Position numbers and translations under genes: made by a program. A stretch of DNA of 64,000 nucleotides from Anthoceros angustus (Eukaryota; Plantae; Anthocerotophyta): assembly GCA_010909165.1 (NCBI GenBank), contig MU008202.1, forward strand, positions 400,336-464,335. The letters are read 5' to 3'. The notes under the pieces are model-generated. The model had not been told where the DNA came from, did not search any database, and saw only the letters and a program-made list of their open reading frames with translations. Of the stretch, positions 48,835-60,600 are shown one piece after another. The number at the start of each line of letters is the position of its first letter. Within the stretch, counting starts at the first letter, position 1.

Positions 48835-49120
48835 GCCGTGCTCTCCAGTCTTGCAACGCTTCTCCTTAGCCGTGCTCTCCCGTCTTGCATCACATCTCCT
48901 TTGCCGTGCCCTCCAGTCTTGTAACACTTCTCCCTTGCCGTGCTCTGCAGTTTTGGGACACTTTTGCTACGCTCCTCCCTACATGCATGCACCCTTCAGC
49001 TTGCTCCGCTCTCCATTCCTGCACCTCCTCCTTTGCCGGGCTCTTCAGTCTTGCAACACTTCTCCCTGCCTGCATGCCCCATTCAGCTTGCTCTGCCCTC
49101 CATTCCTTGCACGTCCTCTC
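48835..49120. repeat. Degenerate ~33-bp tandem repeat
   Basis: GCCGTGCTCTCCAGTCTTGCAACACTTCTCC-like units, plus a larger duplicated block (TGCATGC..CTTCAGCTTGCTC.GC.CTCCATTCC). Confidence 0.7.
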
Positions 49121-49482
49121 CATCAGCTTTGAAGTCGGTCGTCCGCCCTTTTTTAAGAGTCAAATTGGATTTGATCCTGATTCTCAGATTAGTGTACAAC
49201 ATCCCGGATTCAGTGTATGACAACGATGAAACCGGTGGCATATAGCATCCCGGATTCGGTGCAAGATAGCATTTCGGATATGTTTTTCATAGAATACTGT
49301 CAGATACTCTACTCTGCATAATCGTACTGCGCGCATTGTTTGACAGCGTTGTGCAGAACTCAGCATGTGCTTGATTGTCCAATCAGTCAGTTTGCTCAGC
49401 GCAGTTGGTTGCGCCGTCCCAGAGAAGATGGCCTGTAAATCTGGGGCATCTGAAGCTATTTCTGATTCCGGAAGACTTGCAG

Positions 49483-51238
49483 TCATAGAGTTCGTGCCAG
49501 TCCACGCTTGTATGCGACTACTGTACGGTGTCGAGGTGAACTTTCACCTTGCTTGGGATAGGTGAAGCCACTCTGTTCGATAGCAGCTTCTAGGTCAAAC
49601 GTTCTGTAGTCGTCGAAGTAAGGCTCCGTTGCTTTGAACTGCAGACATAGTAGACCCCTCATCAGCCCAGCACCCACAAATTCGTCGTCCAAGACGAATT
49701 CAGGAAAGGGTAAGGCGCACCGCAGTGAAGGCGAAGACGTTGTTCACCATCGATTGCAACAAAGGAGAGTGCGGGTTCATCTCCATTATGGCCAGAGCTC
49801 CGTCGACTCTGAGTAGCCTATTTGCCTCTTCCAAAATCTGGCGTTCAAGATCCGGACATAAACATCTCGAGGCCTCCAGATCGATCCTTCACAAAACTGT
49901 GGAGAAGCAGGAAAAGTAGTCTAGTACCTGCTTAGTAACGTGGCGAGGAAGCTCGTGGCACACTAGGCACACTGACACCAAATCAAAGGCACCCGAAGGG
50001 AGTCCTGTGTTCTCACCCAAAGCATGCACAAATTGAACTGGGGCAGGTTTCTCCTGGATACGTGCAAGGCAGCTTAGCTTCTGGTAAAAGAATGTGATAA
50101 CCGACCATGAGTGAACAGAATATGTATGCTTACTGTGAGACTTGCCCTCCGCTTCAGTCCATAATTAGCAACAGACAGGAAAAACGGGGAAAGATCTGCT
50201 CCGACCACGACTTCTGCATCGTGGAACACCTAAAACATGTAGAACTGGTTACTGGTCAGACCAGGTGCAAACAGAGTGCACCTTCAGATTGAAACGCGAA
50301 GAACATGAACCTGGGAGGTAGTTACCTGGTGGAGGCCAAATGTACTCAACCCAGTTGCGCAACCTATGTCCACTATCGACCTGGGGGTGAAGTTCAGCAT
50401 CTCCAGCAACTTCGTGTGGTAGCCGTTTCTTAGCTTTACGTCGCCATCTGGATCCAGCTTCTTCCTCTGCACGAACCCATCCTGGAACCATTACTCAAAA
50501 AGTACTTGGTCTCCTGATGGCATCACACAAACGAGACAAACATCATTCTGAGAATTCCGACGACCATGGTGGTCACGATTATACAGTGGGGACTTGAGGC
50601 ACTCTACCTCAGGGTCGAACACATTTGCGTGCACACTCTTTGCCGCGAGCTCCACCTCCAATGCCGCATCCCACGAAAGGTTGCCCTTCTCATAGGCATG
50701 GAAAGGCTTGAGGTAATACTGTGAGGCATGTTTTCCCCACTATCACTCAATCCCAGCAGAGGTCTTCGGGCAGCATCCTTGAGGAAATGCAAGCTCCACC
50801 TGCTAAACCTACCTCAGGATATGCCAAGTTTGGATTCTCGCAGGCCTTCAGCTCCGCATCCCAGTCGTGCAACTGCAAGGTTGCAAGCTCGGGAGCCCAG
50901 GGATGCCCGATCTCCGTGCCCCGCTTGATTATCATCTCCCTGGCTCTGCCTGCTGCAAACTGGAAGAAAGGCTTGTAGGAAAACAGTGCATTCACAGCTC
51001 CTGTCACCAAGTTCATGGCTGACAGCTCGGAGCTGGTGGATGCTTGCAAGGCATCCTCCGTGGGTGCCCTCAATGTGCCCCTCACTCGAACACAAGAAAC
51101 TCCAACATGGTGCAGCTGCAGTCGTCGGTGACGTGATGAAGACTTCTGAAATAACCCTGGATGATCCAAGATGGAATGGTGCAGGCAGGACGGAGGCCCC
51201 ATGGAGACTGGCTCAAGCAACGCGCTGCTGGCAGACAT
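49483..51238 (-). CDS. Plastid-targeted class I SAM-dependent methyltransferase (cyanobacterial-type); exons 51238-50813, 50718-50608, 50466-50326, 50229-50134, ~50053-49928, 49837-49721, 49638-49483
   Basis: YPEYYLKPFHAYEKGNLSWDAALEVE, IVDIGCATGLST (motif I), GADLSP, FDLVSVCLVCHELP, ATEPYFDDY. One apparent 1-nt homopolymer deletion near 50181-50184. Confidence 0.85.
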
Positions 51239-52786
51239 ATCATTAGGTGTGGTGGTTCATCTGTTGCACCGCACCAGGACGTCAATTTCAGACGGCGTAA
51301 ACTTTGTTTCAAGACATTTACTGTTACCCACAGTCACATCGCTCACCTACTATTTCCGTTTTCACTTTTACTTCTTTGGTTCCCTTCTCCTCCTCAGCAA
51401 TGCTTGTGCTCTCAAGCATGGCCTAACCATCCATCGCCCGGCTGCTTCTGCTCCTTCTGCTCCTTCTGCATGCTTGCCTCTGTCCATGTCGTCCGCGTCC
51501 ACCATGCCGGGTACGTGCCGCCCGTTTTTCCACAGTCCTCTCCTATCCAGGCTTTAGAGTGGCTCCTATGTCTTGCGGATTTGTGATAGTCTCCTCTTGT
51601 CCGGTCACGGGTTGTGTGTCCTGGGAATGAGTGCGTCGGTTCAACACAGAACGTTCATTGCATTCATCAAGATCCCGCCTTGCCGCCTACCCAGCCCAGT
51701 CCTACACTTTTCTTCGGATAGTTCTTGAGCGGAGCGTCTTGGAGTCTGCTTGTTGGAATTGAGTGGGTTCATCCACTGATCATGGTTGGCTGTTTGCGCA
51801 GGTGGGATTGTACCTTGAAGGCCCAGAGTGTTGAGGCTCGTCACCGTGGGGTCCGCAGGGTGGGTTCACGGAATTTCCCGCCCCCCGTACTTTATGACTA
51901 CGGATGGACAGGTGTTGGGGGGTGAATTGACGGTGACATTTCCTGGCTGAAGTGTTGGCGAGGTAATCTCAAGTCCGGGAAGATACTCAGACAACGTAAT
52001 TTGTAATGTCGGGTCTGCGGAAGTGCAGGTGAGCTGGCTGATCCCAACACGAGAGTGGGTGGCTGTAGCTAGGCGATGTCTTGTAGGTAGTGTGGAGTAG
52101 AGTAAGGAAGGTGTTCTGCTGCTTGAAGATGGAGTCGTTGGGAGAAGGCCTGGGCAATTCGCGGATGGCTGGCATCAGCTCATGTTAGGTTATGCTGAGG
52201 AGGTGGACTCCGTTCTTGCGGGCAACGTCCCTTCCGTTCTTTACTCCTTTCAGAGGCATTCGGGCAGCTCTAGAGCAGTTGTTTTAGTGCAGGTCTCTTA
52301 TGGGCAGCTTGTCCTTAGGTCAAAGAAGCTTGTCAAACTGGGGTTGGCTGCTGTGTGTGTGACTAGAAAAGTCCGTGATTGCTTTGGGGCCTAGGCATCT
52401 GACCTCTCCCTTGAAGAGCTGTTCTTAGTCCTAACTTCGGCGCAGATTGCACGTGGTAAAGTTGTCTTTGTGACAAAATCTTTTGCTCATTTCTGGAACT
52501 TGTTGTTCAGACAGTTCTCCAGTGTGAAGGCCCAGCATTGACCATCGAAGTATCAGGCAAACGGAGCTCTCATTATCTGGGTTCTGATGAGATTGTAGAG
52601 GATATGTGATCCGATTATTTTGATCCTACACTTCTGCAGCTTTGGTCTGTATATGACAATCTTGGTGGAATTCACACGCACGTACATGACCAATCTACTG
52701 AAGATGTTGAGCGTTTGTCATGTACGGGAATCCTGGGGCGGAGAGTAGTGAAGGAATTTGCGCAGATTATGTGGCTGAGATGAGGG

Positions 52787-54931
52787 ATGTTAGCGTGGGT
52801 GATGAAGATGGTAACAGCATGTTGGCGGCCCGTAGAGCGGTATGTGCACATTGGCACAGCAGCTGCTGAGGCACCTGATACATTGCTGTGGTTCAGGGAC
52901 CTAAGCTCGCATGCTGTAGGAGACTTTTCCATCGCAGTAGTTCAAGCCAACGCAGTGCTTGAAGATCAAAGCCAAGTGGAGAGTGGCCCTTATGGAACAT
53001 TTGTGGGTGTGTACGATGGTCATGGTGGACCTGAAGCTGCTCGCTATGTCAACGACCATCTATTTCCCAACATGAAGAGTAAGATTCTCTTGCTAGCCTG
53101 ATCCTCTTTCCTCTCAACCTTTGGAAGTGTGTTGTCTCTTTTGCTGAAACGCAGTCGGTGCTGTGGAATATGAAGACTTTAACGTGTCTATGCTTTTAGT
53201 TAATGCTTGGGGGAGATGATTCCAGTTACATAACCCAGCAAAGCTATAGAGGTCCTGTCCAGACATGAAAAGGCTCTGGTCAGATGAACTTTTGGCATAT
53301 GTCAGAAAGTTTTTCAGTATGTAGTCACCAGCATGAGAGCCTCTTGTCCAGCCTATACCGTAGTTGAGGAGTTAGAAATGTGAGTTGATGTATGGGAGCA
53401 AGGTCAAGAAGGGACTGTAAATTATAGTGCTGCCTATCCGTGTCACTTCTAGCTCCCTCTTTTTGTGCTTTTTTTCTTTTTTATCAGTGTGTGGGTATTA
53501 TTAGGATGCAATGTGGATGCTGCATTTCTATGTGTCTGTCCCAGGAGTTAAAACAAAAATCATGCACAAGGCTCTGGCTGGTTATTTGCATGCTCAGGGG
53601 TGGTTGTCCAGGTTCTGGGTGACCTCTAGCGATAGCATGCTAACTATGGTGAATTAGGAAACGCCTCGCAGGTGGCGTGTGTTTGGCTTTTTGATCAAGG
53701 TAGACTTACTTCTAAAGCTGTTCATATTCAAATCGACATTCCTACTTTCACCTCTTGCTGAACTGGTTTCTGATGTTGCATTACTGTGTTTCTCCAGAGT
53801 TTGCCGCCGAGTATGGTGGGATCTCAGGTGATGTTCTGAAGAAGGCCTTTGCAGAGACAGAGGAAGGTTTTCTTGGTGTTGTTTCTCAAGCATGGCTAGC
53901 AAAACCACAGATTGCCGCTGTTGGATCCTGTTGCTTGGTGGGAGTAATCTACGAGTCAACTTTGTATCTAGCCAGTCTAGGAGATTCCCGAGCAGTGCTT
54001 GGAAGTTTTGCCCGTGGTAGCAGCTCTGTGGTTGCTCATCAATTGTCCACAGAGCATAATGCAAGTATCGAGACAGTGCGTGATGAGCTTCAGGCTCTGC
54101 ATCCTGATGATCCACACATTGTTGTGTTGAAGCATGGAGTATGGCGTGTCAAAGGCATCATTCAGGTATCTATTCTCACACCTTACTCTCATTTGGATGG
54201 CATGTTCAGTAGTAGGCAGTGATAACTGCGAAGTAAATCCGTTGCTTTCTTGACAGGTCTCAAGATCCATTGGTGATGCATATTTGAAACGAGCAGAATT
54301 TAACAAGGAACCGCTGTTCCCTAGGTTTAGGCTTCCCGATTCTCTAAGGAGGCCTGTTTTAAGTGCTGAACCATCCATTAATGTTCACAAGCTTCGACAG
54401 GAAGATCAGTTTTTAATCTTTGCCTCAGATGGGCTTTGGGAGCATCTGAATAACCAAGAGGCTGTGGACATCGTACACAATAATCCTCGGTCGGTAAGTT
54501 TCGTTTTCAGCCAAAAGCTCCTTGTTTTCTCCTGGTGGACCTGTGTGCGGGCATTTCCAGTTAAACGCTGCCGGTGGAGGTATATGGGATGGGGTGTTTC
54601 GGCTTAGATTTTTTTTTATCATCTTTACCTTTTGAGTTATCTGATTTTTCACTGCGGTGATCAGGGAATTGCCAGGAGACTGATCAAGGTCGCGCTGCAA
54701 AAAGCGGCAAGAAAGCGGGAAATGAGATACACGGATTTGAAGAAAATTGAAAGGGGCATCCGCCGACATTTCCATGATGATATAACCGTTATAGTAGTCT
54801 TTCTGGATCATCAACTACTTAGCCAGGGCTCCAAGCTACTTCCCATTTCCACGAAAGTAGGGATGGATGATGTTGGTGAACCCAGTAAGCTTTTGAATTC
54901 GACTGATGCTAGACGTCAGCGCAAAAGGTGA
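52787..54931 (+). CDS. Protein phosphatase 2C, clade D; exons 52787-53078, 53798-54165, 54257-54493, 54665-54931
   Basis: [86 protein letters not shown]. Confidence 0.95.
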
Positions 54932-55309
54932 AACCCATCTTAGATTGTAGCAAGGGAGTTTGTTCTACTGACGCTCCTTGATGAATGTTGCCGCACAAGC
55001 ATGACAATGTGCCTCTAGTATATACTTCTTGCTTAGGCATTGCTTCTGCAGGATGATTCAAACTTGGTTACACCCTGCTCTCGCTTTGCTTTAGAAGGTA
55101 GCTGGTATGGCTGCACTCAAATCAACTCCTAGGCATGCTCTGAGTGGATCAGTTCTGAGGAGAATCGCAAGAGATTCGGTGGCGAGGTAAAACCAGGAGA
55201 TCCGCAATTTTTGTCCTACTTCCCTGTCTCAAATAAAATCTAAATTTTTCTATTATAGGGTGAATATACGAGATGTAGTGGAAGACAATAACCACCTCTG
55301 AGGAAATCT

Positions 55310-55948
55310 TGTAACAATGTACGATATTCTCTCATCTAATAACACCCCTCACTACGCAGCTAGTAAGGAAGCGACAAGTGTTGGCTTCCCAGCGGTCTAG
55401 GACCTCGCAAATTCACTCCACAAGAGACTTGCACGATTCTCAGCGCTCTCAACCTCACAACACAAGACTAGGCTCCAAGTAGCCCGTCCATCGACGACTG
55501 CAGCCACCTCCTCGAGGTGCTGCTCTTTATTGCGAGAATACAACGATGGAATCGGCTATCTACGCCCAATCAAGCACGCCTTGATTCCATGACAAGCTCA
55601 CTAGCTAGCTCTCCATGCCTCTCTCAACACAGGCTTGCAGCGCTTGCTTTTGCTCTCTCAAAGAGTGAGTCCCACTTGTCCCTCAAAGCCCTTGCTCTAG
55701 CCCTTATATATCCCGCACTGACCTTAACTAGGCAAATTAAATCTAGGGATTCTTACAGACCACTAATCACTAAGAGTCCTCTCTAGGCAGCTCTTCATTT
55801 GTGGCTGTAGCAATTCCTCTCTAAAGAGATTGCATGAAGCATGCAACACATGCATCTTCTTAAAAGGGCAGCTACTAACTTAGCTTTTTACCTTTTTCAA
55901 CTTTTCACCTTTCTACCTTGTTCCACCAGTGTTGTTACTCTCTCCCCC
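55310..55948 (-). mobile_element. 3' LTR (55310-55938) and polypurine tract (55939-55948) of a Ty3/gypsy chromovirus
   Basis: Inverted termini TGTAACAA (55310) and TTGTTAC (55932-55938). Minus-strand PPT GGGGGAGAGA lies directly before the LTR and just downstream of integrase-chromodomain sequence. Confidence 0.8.
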
Positions 55949-56007
55949 ACTGGGAAGATGTCATTGTCTTAATGACCTCCAGTGTAACGCGAGATCATCC
56001 ATGATCC

Positions 56008-57310
56008 TTATTGCACATCTTCAAGTGAAACCCAGATAGGATCTGCATAACCACGAAGCCTTACCAGATACTCTAGTACATTACCACGAACAGCAGGCGC
56101 TTCTCTCTCTGCCAAGAATTCAACAATCTCCCGCAGACCATGATTGTGTTGAACTGTGATGACATAATCCTTCCTGCTCATATCTTCATTCTCTTCGAAA
56201 TCACAAATGGTTTCAAAGAAAGAGACATGAAACACATTATGAGAGAAGATCCATTCAATAGTAGTTTGTAAGCCACATTTCCAATGCGCTTGAACTACGA
56301 AGGTCCTCCATACTTAGGCCTTAACTTTGAGGTCACCCCTTGTAGTGGGAAATTCTTCAATTTCACCCACACCTTGTCTCCTACTTGAAACTCGCCTCTG
56401 CTGCTCACAAGAAACTTCTTTTGCTTGTCCCGAGCCTTGGCCAATATCTTCTTAGCAACTTCATGCCCGGCCCTTAACTGCTCAATGAATTCACGTGGTT
56501 CTCTTGCTTGTCTCAAACACGCTAGCATTCAACATGGAAACTACGTCCATTGCTTCATACGCCATCCTAAAAGGTGTGTAGCCTGTGGAGCTATGTACAG
56601 TGTGATTATAACAAAATTCTGCATCCTCAAGATGATTACTCCAATCTCGCTGGTCCATCTGTACATAGTGTCGTAAGTATTCTTCTTGGATTCTGTTCAC
56701 CCTCTCTGTTGATCCATTTGTATCAGGGTGGTACGCTGTGCTCATACATAATTGCACTCCTAAGCTCTTCATAAGCTGTTGCCAAACCCAAACCATAGCT
56801 GTAACCACGCCAATTGCGATGCCTAGATAGCCCTAACCGCGACAAGACAAAGTGCAACTGCGAAGTGACTGGCCTGGAATGTACAAGCATACTGTTGAGT
56901 ATGTTAAGTCTTGTGTAAATTGTCAGCAGGATAAGGTGGAGCAGACAAATCCGCGAGGTTTGTTGCAACCCCTGCCTATTCCAAGTGGGCCTTGGAAAAG
57001 TATATCAATGGATTTCATTATGCCATTGCCCGAGAATGGACACAGCTATCATGACGGTGGTTGATAGATTCAGCAAGCAAGCACACTTCATCCCTACGAA
57101 GAAGCGAGTCAAAGCTTCTGGAGTTGCTCAGTTGTTCAAGAAGCATGTATATGTGTTACATGGACTGCCTATGCGGATTGTGAGTGACAGAGATCCCAGA
57201 CAAGCAACTTCTTTCTCAACACATGAGAATCAGGAATCACAATCATGTTTTGCTTGAACACCAATAAGCCATCCCTAAGCTTAAACTTAGATCCCGGTTG
57301 CTCCACTTCA
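56008..57310. mobile_element. Decayed Ty3/gypsy integrase plus chromodomain, internally rearranged (56804-56008 minus; 56868-57200 plus; ~57310-57199 minus)
   Basis: Plus strand: WPGM..YVKSCVNCQQDK..GLLQPLPIP..PWKSISMDFI..VVDRFSKQAHFIP..HGLPMRIVSDRDPR. Minus strand: STAYHPDTNGSTERVN, KLRPKYGGP, FHVS, EYLVRLRGY...WV. Confidence 0.88.
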
Positions 57311-57538
57311 TTGATAACAGCATAATATTTGAAGCGGCTCAATATACAAAGCCGCTTCCAACCGAAAAGAAGCCGCTTCCGGAAAATCTCAACAGTAACC
57401 AAAACTGCCGTATAAGTGTGTGTCCGCAACGTGTAAGAGGCGAGTGCCTTGGTTGAATGATCGATTACGTGTTTTTAAACGCAGGGTAATGGTGGATAAG
57501 GTCCCGGGCGCCGCATGCGCACCGGCACCTGTAACGGT

Positions 57539-57629
57539 ACTTTGACTACATAGTCAAAGTCTCGCATAATACATGAAAAATGTTTTGGGGTTCTCCATAT
57601 CACGTCATATGGCGTGATATGGAGAACCC
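57539..57629. other. Palindrome cluster: 10-bp inverted repeat with 2-nt spacer (57539-57560) and 42-bp loopless palindrome (57588-57629)
   Basis: ACTTTGACTA-CA-TAGTCAAAGT; GGGTTCTCCATATCACGTCAT|ATGGCGTGATATGGAGAACCC (20/21 pairs, one T-G). Confidence 0.9.
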
Positions 57630-57734
57630 AAACCGCTGTATTCGCGAGAATAAAAGGAGAGGCGCATGCGCACTACCCTCATATTATAATGTTCCAAACA
57701 TGTCTATGTCATAAGAGAGCAGGATTGCTGGAAC

Positions 57735-58487
57735 CTAAGTACAATGGTCTTCCATGCCGGTTTGAGTTTCCGGAGGAAATTGTGCAGACACGCTATCCAT
57801 GACTACTTCAAGTCCTTTCAGTCGAGCGTGCTCCGTGTCCTCAAAGTTGTCAATTTCCTCCATGGCATTGTCTTCGGAGGCATGGTCATCTCCAACGCTA
57901 CTGCTGGAGTCATGTTGCGGCCATACAGCGTCCAGTGTCTGCTGCCCAACGTCTAGGAGGTCTCCGGACTTCTCCTTCATTTTGCTGGCGGCCAAACGCA
58001 CAACTTGCGACTGTGACCCATCCTTCTCAGACAAACTTACCTCTTTTGCCCAGAACTGGGTCGGTCCTCGACGATGTGGCTCATGATTCAACTCCTCTTC
58101 CGCCCGGGAGAACTGCACTCCATGGATTCTCCGGGAATGAACTCTGCGACCTCTTGTCCACATTGCAGTAATGCAAGCCCATAGCAAAGCTGCCAATGTT
58201 GTTGACTCGCTACCAGCACAAACATCCAAAATCCAGTCCCCCTCCTCCAAGAAACTTTTGATGAGCTTCATCATCAAAGCCAAAGGCCTTTGGTAAGCAC
58301 AGACCACCAGCTTGTTCAATGATGTGTACAACAACTTCTTCATCACTGTAGGGTGGCCAATGACTGCCCGCCCATTATTGAAAGACCCATGGATGTTAGT
58401 AGGGGTCATGCATATTTTTGACCTTTGACTGTCTGATGTTAACCCCCATCCTATAGTGATGTACTCCATAGTGTCATACCCACCCAA
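57735..58487 (-). pseudogene. Truncated beta-class amino (N4-cytosine/N6-adenine) DNA methyltransferase-like ORF, C-terminal half
   Basis: MEYITIGW (motif VIII-like) ... YQRPLALMMKLIKSFLEEGDWILDVCAGSESTTLAAL (motifs X and I). Catalytic motif IV is absent; the 5' end abuts an integrase fragment. Confidence 0.7.
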
Positions 58488-58562
58488 GTCGGAGTGTCAT
58501 GATGTGCCAAGTGCAGGTCATAGAGGAATTGACCCAACTTATGAGAAGTTGAGAAAGCTGTT
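58488..58562 (+). mobile_element. Displaced 75-bp integrase zinc-finger (HH half) fragment
   Basis: SECHDVPSAGHRGIDPTYEKLRKL. Confidence 0.85.
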
Positions 58563-60600
58563 GGCGGTTCGATTAAGCCTACAACCCCCTCCCATTGCCC
58601 GTGACCTGGATGTCGGTGTTCAGAAAGTGATTTTCAGCAACGAGCTCACACTCCAAGCTACCACCAACCCCTTCAATTACCTCCGCGGCATCTCACACGC
58701 CGTCGCGCTGCATCACTCGACCACCGCAAACTCCTCTCACTGCGGACCCCGCGTTAGCTTGCAGCCGGCACGAAGTTCCTTCACAAGGAGCAAAGGACTC
58801 GCGAGTTTGGGAGCGCAAGACGTGATATTTTTCTTCTCAAAATCTGCCCCCTTATATAGGGCTCATACATAAGGCCTCCCCTTGGCCACACCTCCCCCTT
58901 ACTTTTTCACTATGCTCTTCCTCAACCACTATAAACTAATAGCCGCCTAAAGCCAGCATTAAAACCACTACCCCACTCGCTTTCAGTCATCATGATTTCT
59001 AGAAAACTCTCCAATTCTCCTATTTTAACAATAAGTAACAGCCTGAGCTGCGCGCCAAAATCCTAAGAGTTCTCACTCCAAATCCTAACCAATCTACCAT
59101 AAATCCTCCACTTGCTGCTGCATTGACTCCACAACGGCACTCCCGCATAATTCCACAGCTGGCTCCTCTGAGCCACACACACTCAACATCATGGAATCTA
59201 AAGCTTGGTGGAGAAGAGACCCATGCTCTTCTTGTGGTTTGCACTCCACCCCTCCACAATTATTGCAAGCCTCCACACACACCATCCCACGCCCAATATT
59301 CCTTGCGGGCGCCTCTGCAGGTTGCTCCCCTTGTGAATGGTTGTTGTGAAATTGCTTTGCTTTGGGTGTGTGGCGATGCCCAAGGAACTCTCGGCTTGAG
59401 GGTAGACTACAGGGAAAGACTCCTTGGAGGTTCTCGATGGTGCAAACTCATAGCAACCCCGCCCAAGGAAGAACTTGCTGGCTTGTAGGCAGACCCCAGG
59501 CAATTGTGCCGTAAGGGCGAGCTAGGGCCAGTGAGCTTGAAGTAAGGTTAGATTAGGAGGATGAGGAGTTGAGTTGAGGTGAGTGTTGAGAGAATGTGGA
59601 GCTGAATGTTGAGTAGAGGAGTAGGTAGAGATTAGAAGTAAGAAGAAGGCCCAAGTCGAGCCTAAGGGAGGGGTCCCAAATGCACTCAAACCGAGACCGG
59701 AAGCCGGGCTAAGGTCTCAAAATCACGGGTGGAGAAGTCGCTGTAGGGGTCCCATGTGCGTGGCGATGGACCCACCGCCAGAGGGGGTGGGACCCTCGTA
59801 GGATGTCGTTGTAGGTCGAGGAGGCTGGTCTGAGCGGCGGAGGTGTCGTGGGCCGCCAATGGAGTTTGTGGGCGCACGGTTGTAGTTGAGCGCCTGTGGC
59901 CGGAAGTTGGAGAGTAGGGCGAGGTAACCTGTCTGGCCAGTGCGACCCTACGGTGGTAGGATGCGCCCCTACGTGCTGGGATAGGGTGTCTCCTCCCACG
60001 TAGGAATGAGGGTGTGCCGCCCACCTGCACCGGATCTCCTACAACTCTCCTACAAGTGGTAGGAGGTAGGCCCTACAATTGTTGTTGTTGGTTGTAGGTC
60101 CTGAGGCGGCGATTTGACGGGCGGGGAGCGGCGCAATGGGCCGAGTTGGTGGTTGAGGATGTGCCAATTGTGGGAAGGCGATGGGAAAGGAATAGTGGAA
60201 GATCACGGGGTGGTGAAGTCGCATTGCAACGTAGGGGGTCCCTACGTGTAGCCTCGACCTCACGCCGTAATGTGTGGACCTACAGAGGGGGTGTCGTTGT
60301 AGGTCCAGAAGCGGTGATTGACGGAGCAACACGGTGAGGCGTGGTTGCTGTCTGTGGAGTGAGTTGAGGTTGCTCCACTGTGAGGGAGCTTGGGGGTGTG
60401 AAGAGGTGTGGTTTGTGCCTTGGATCTGGTGACGACAAACAAGAGTCTCATGGGACGAAACCTATTCTTAGCAGTGCTGGGATAAGTGTGGCCACTAGAG
60501 GGTGAATCAAGCCCGGGGTTTCCTCCCACAAGAGGGTTGCGTCAATACTTGTGTAGGCAAGCACTTTCGCTCAAGTTGCTTGTGCACACTTGCCACCGCA
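58563..60600. mobile_element. Probable LTR-retrotransposon-derived non-coding mosaic
   Basis: No credible ORF. Reversed TATA-like CCCCTTATATAGG, repeated TGTCGTTGTAGGTC (~59805, ~60293), and GGGAGGGGTCCC at ~59666 resembling the end of the 18095-19846 element. Confidence 0.4.

Noticed and set aside
50134-50229. Frameshift suggesting the SAM methyltransferase is a pseudogene
   Set aside because: Adding one base to the A4 run at 50181-50184 restores DLSPFFLSVANY; the other exons are intact, so this is a likely homopolymer error.
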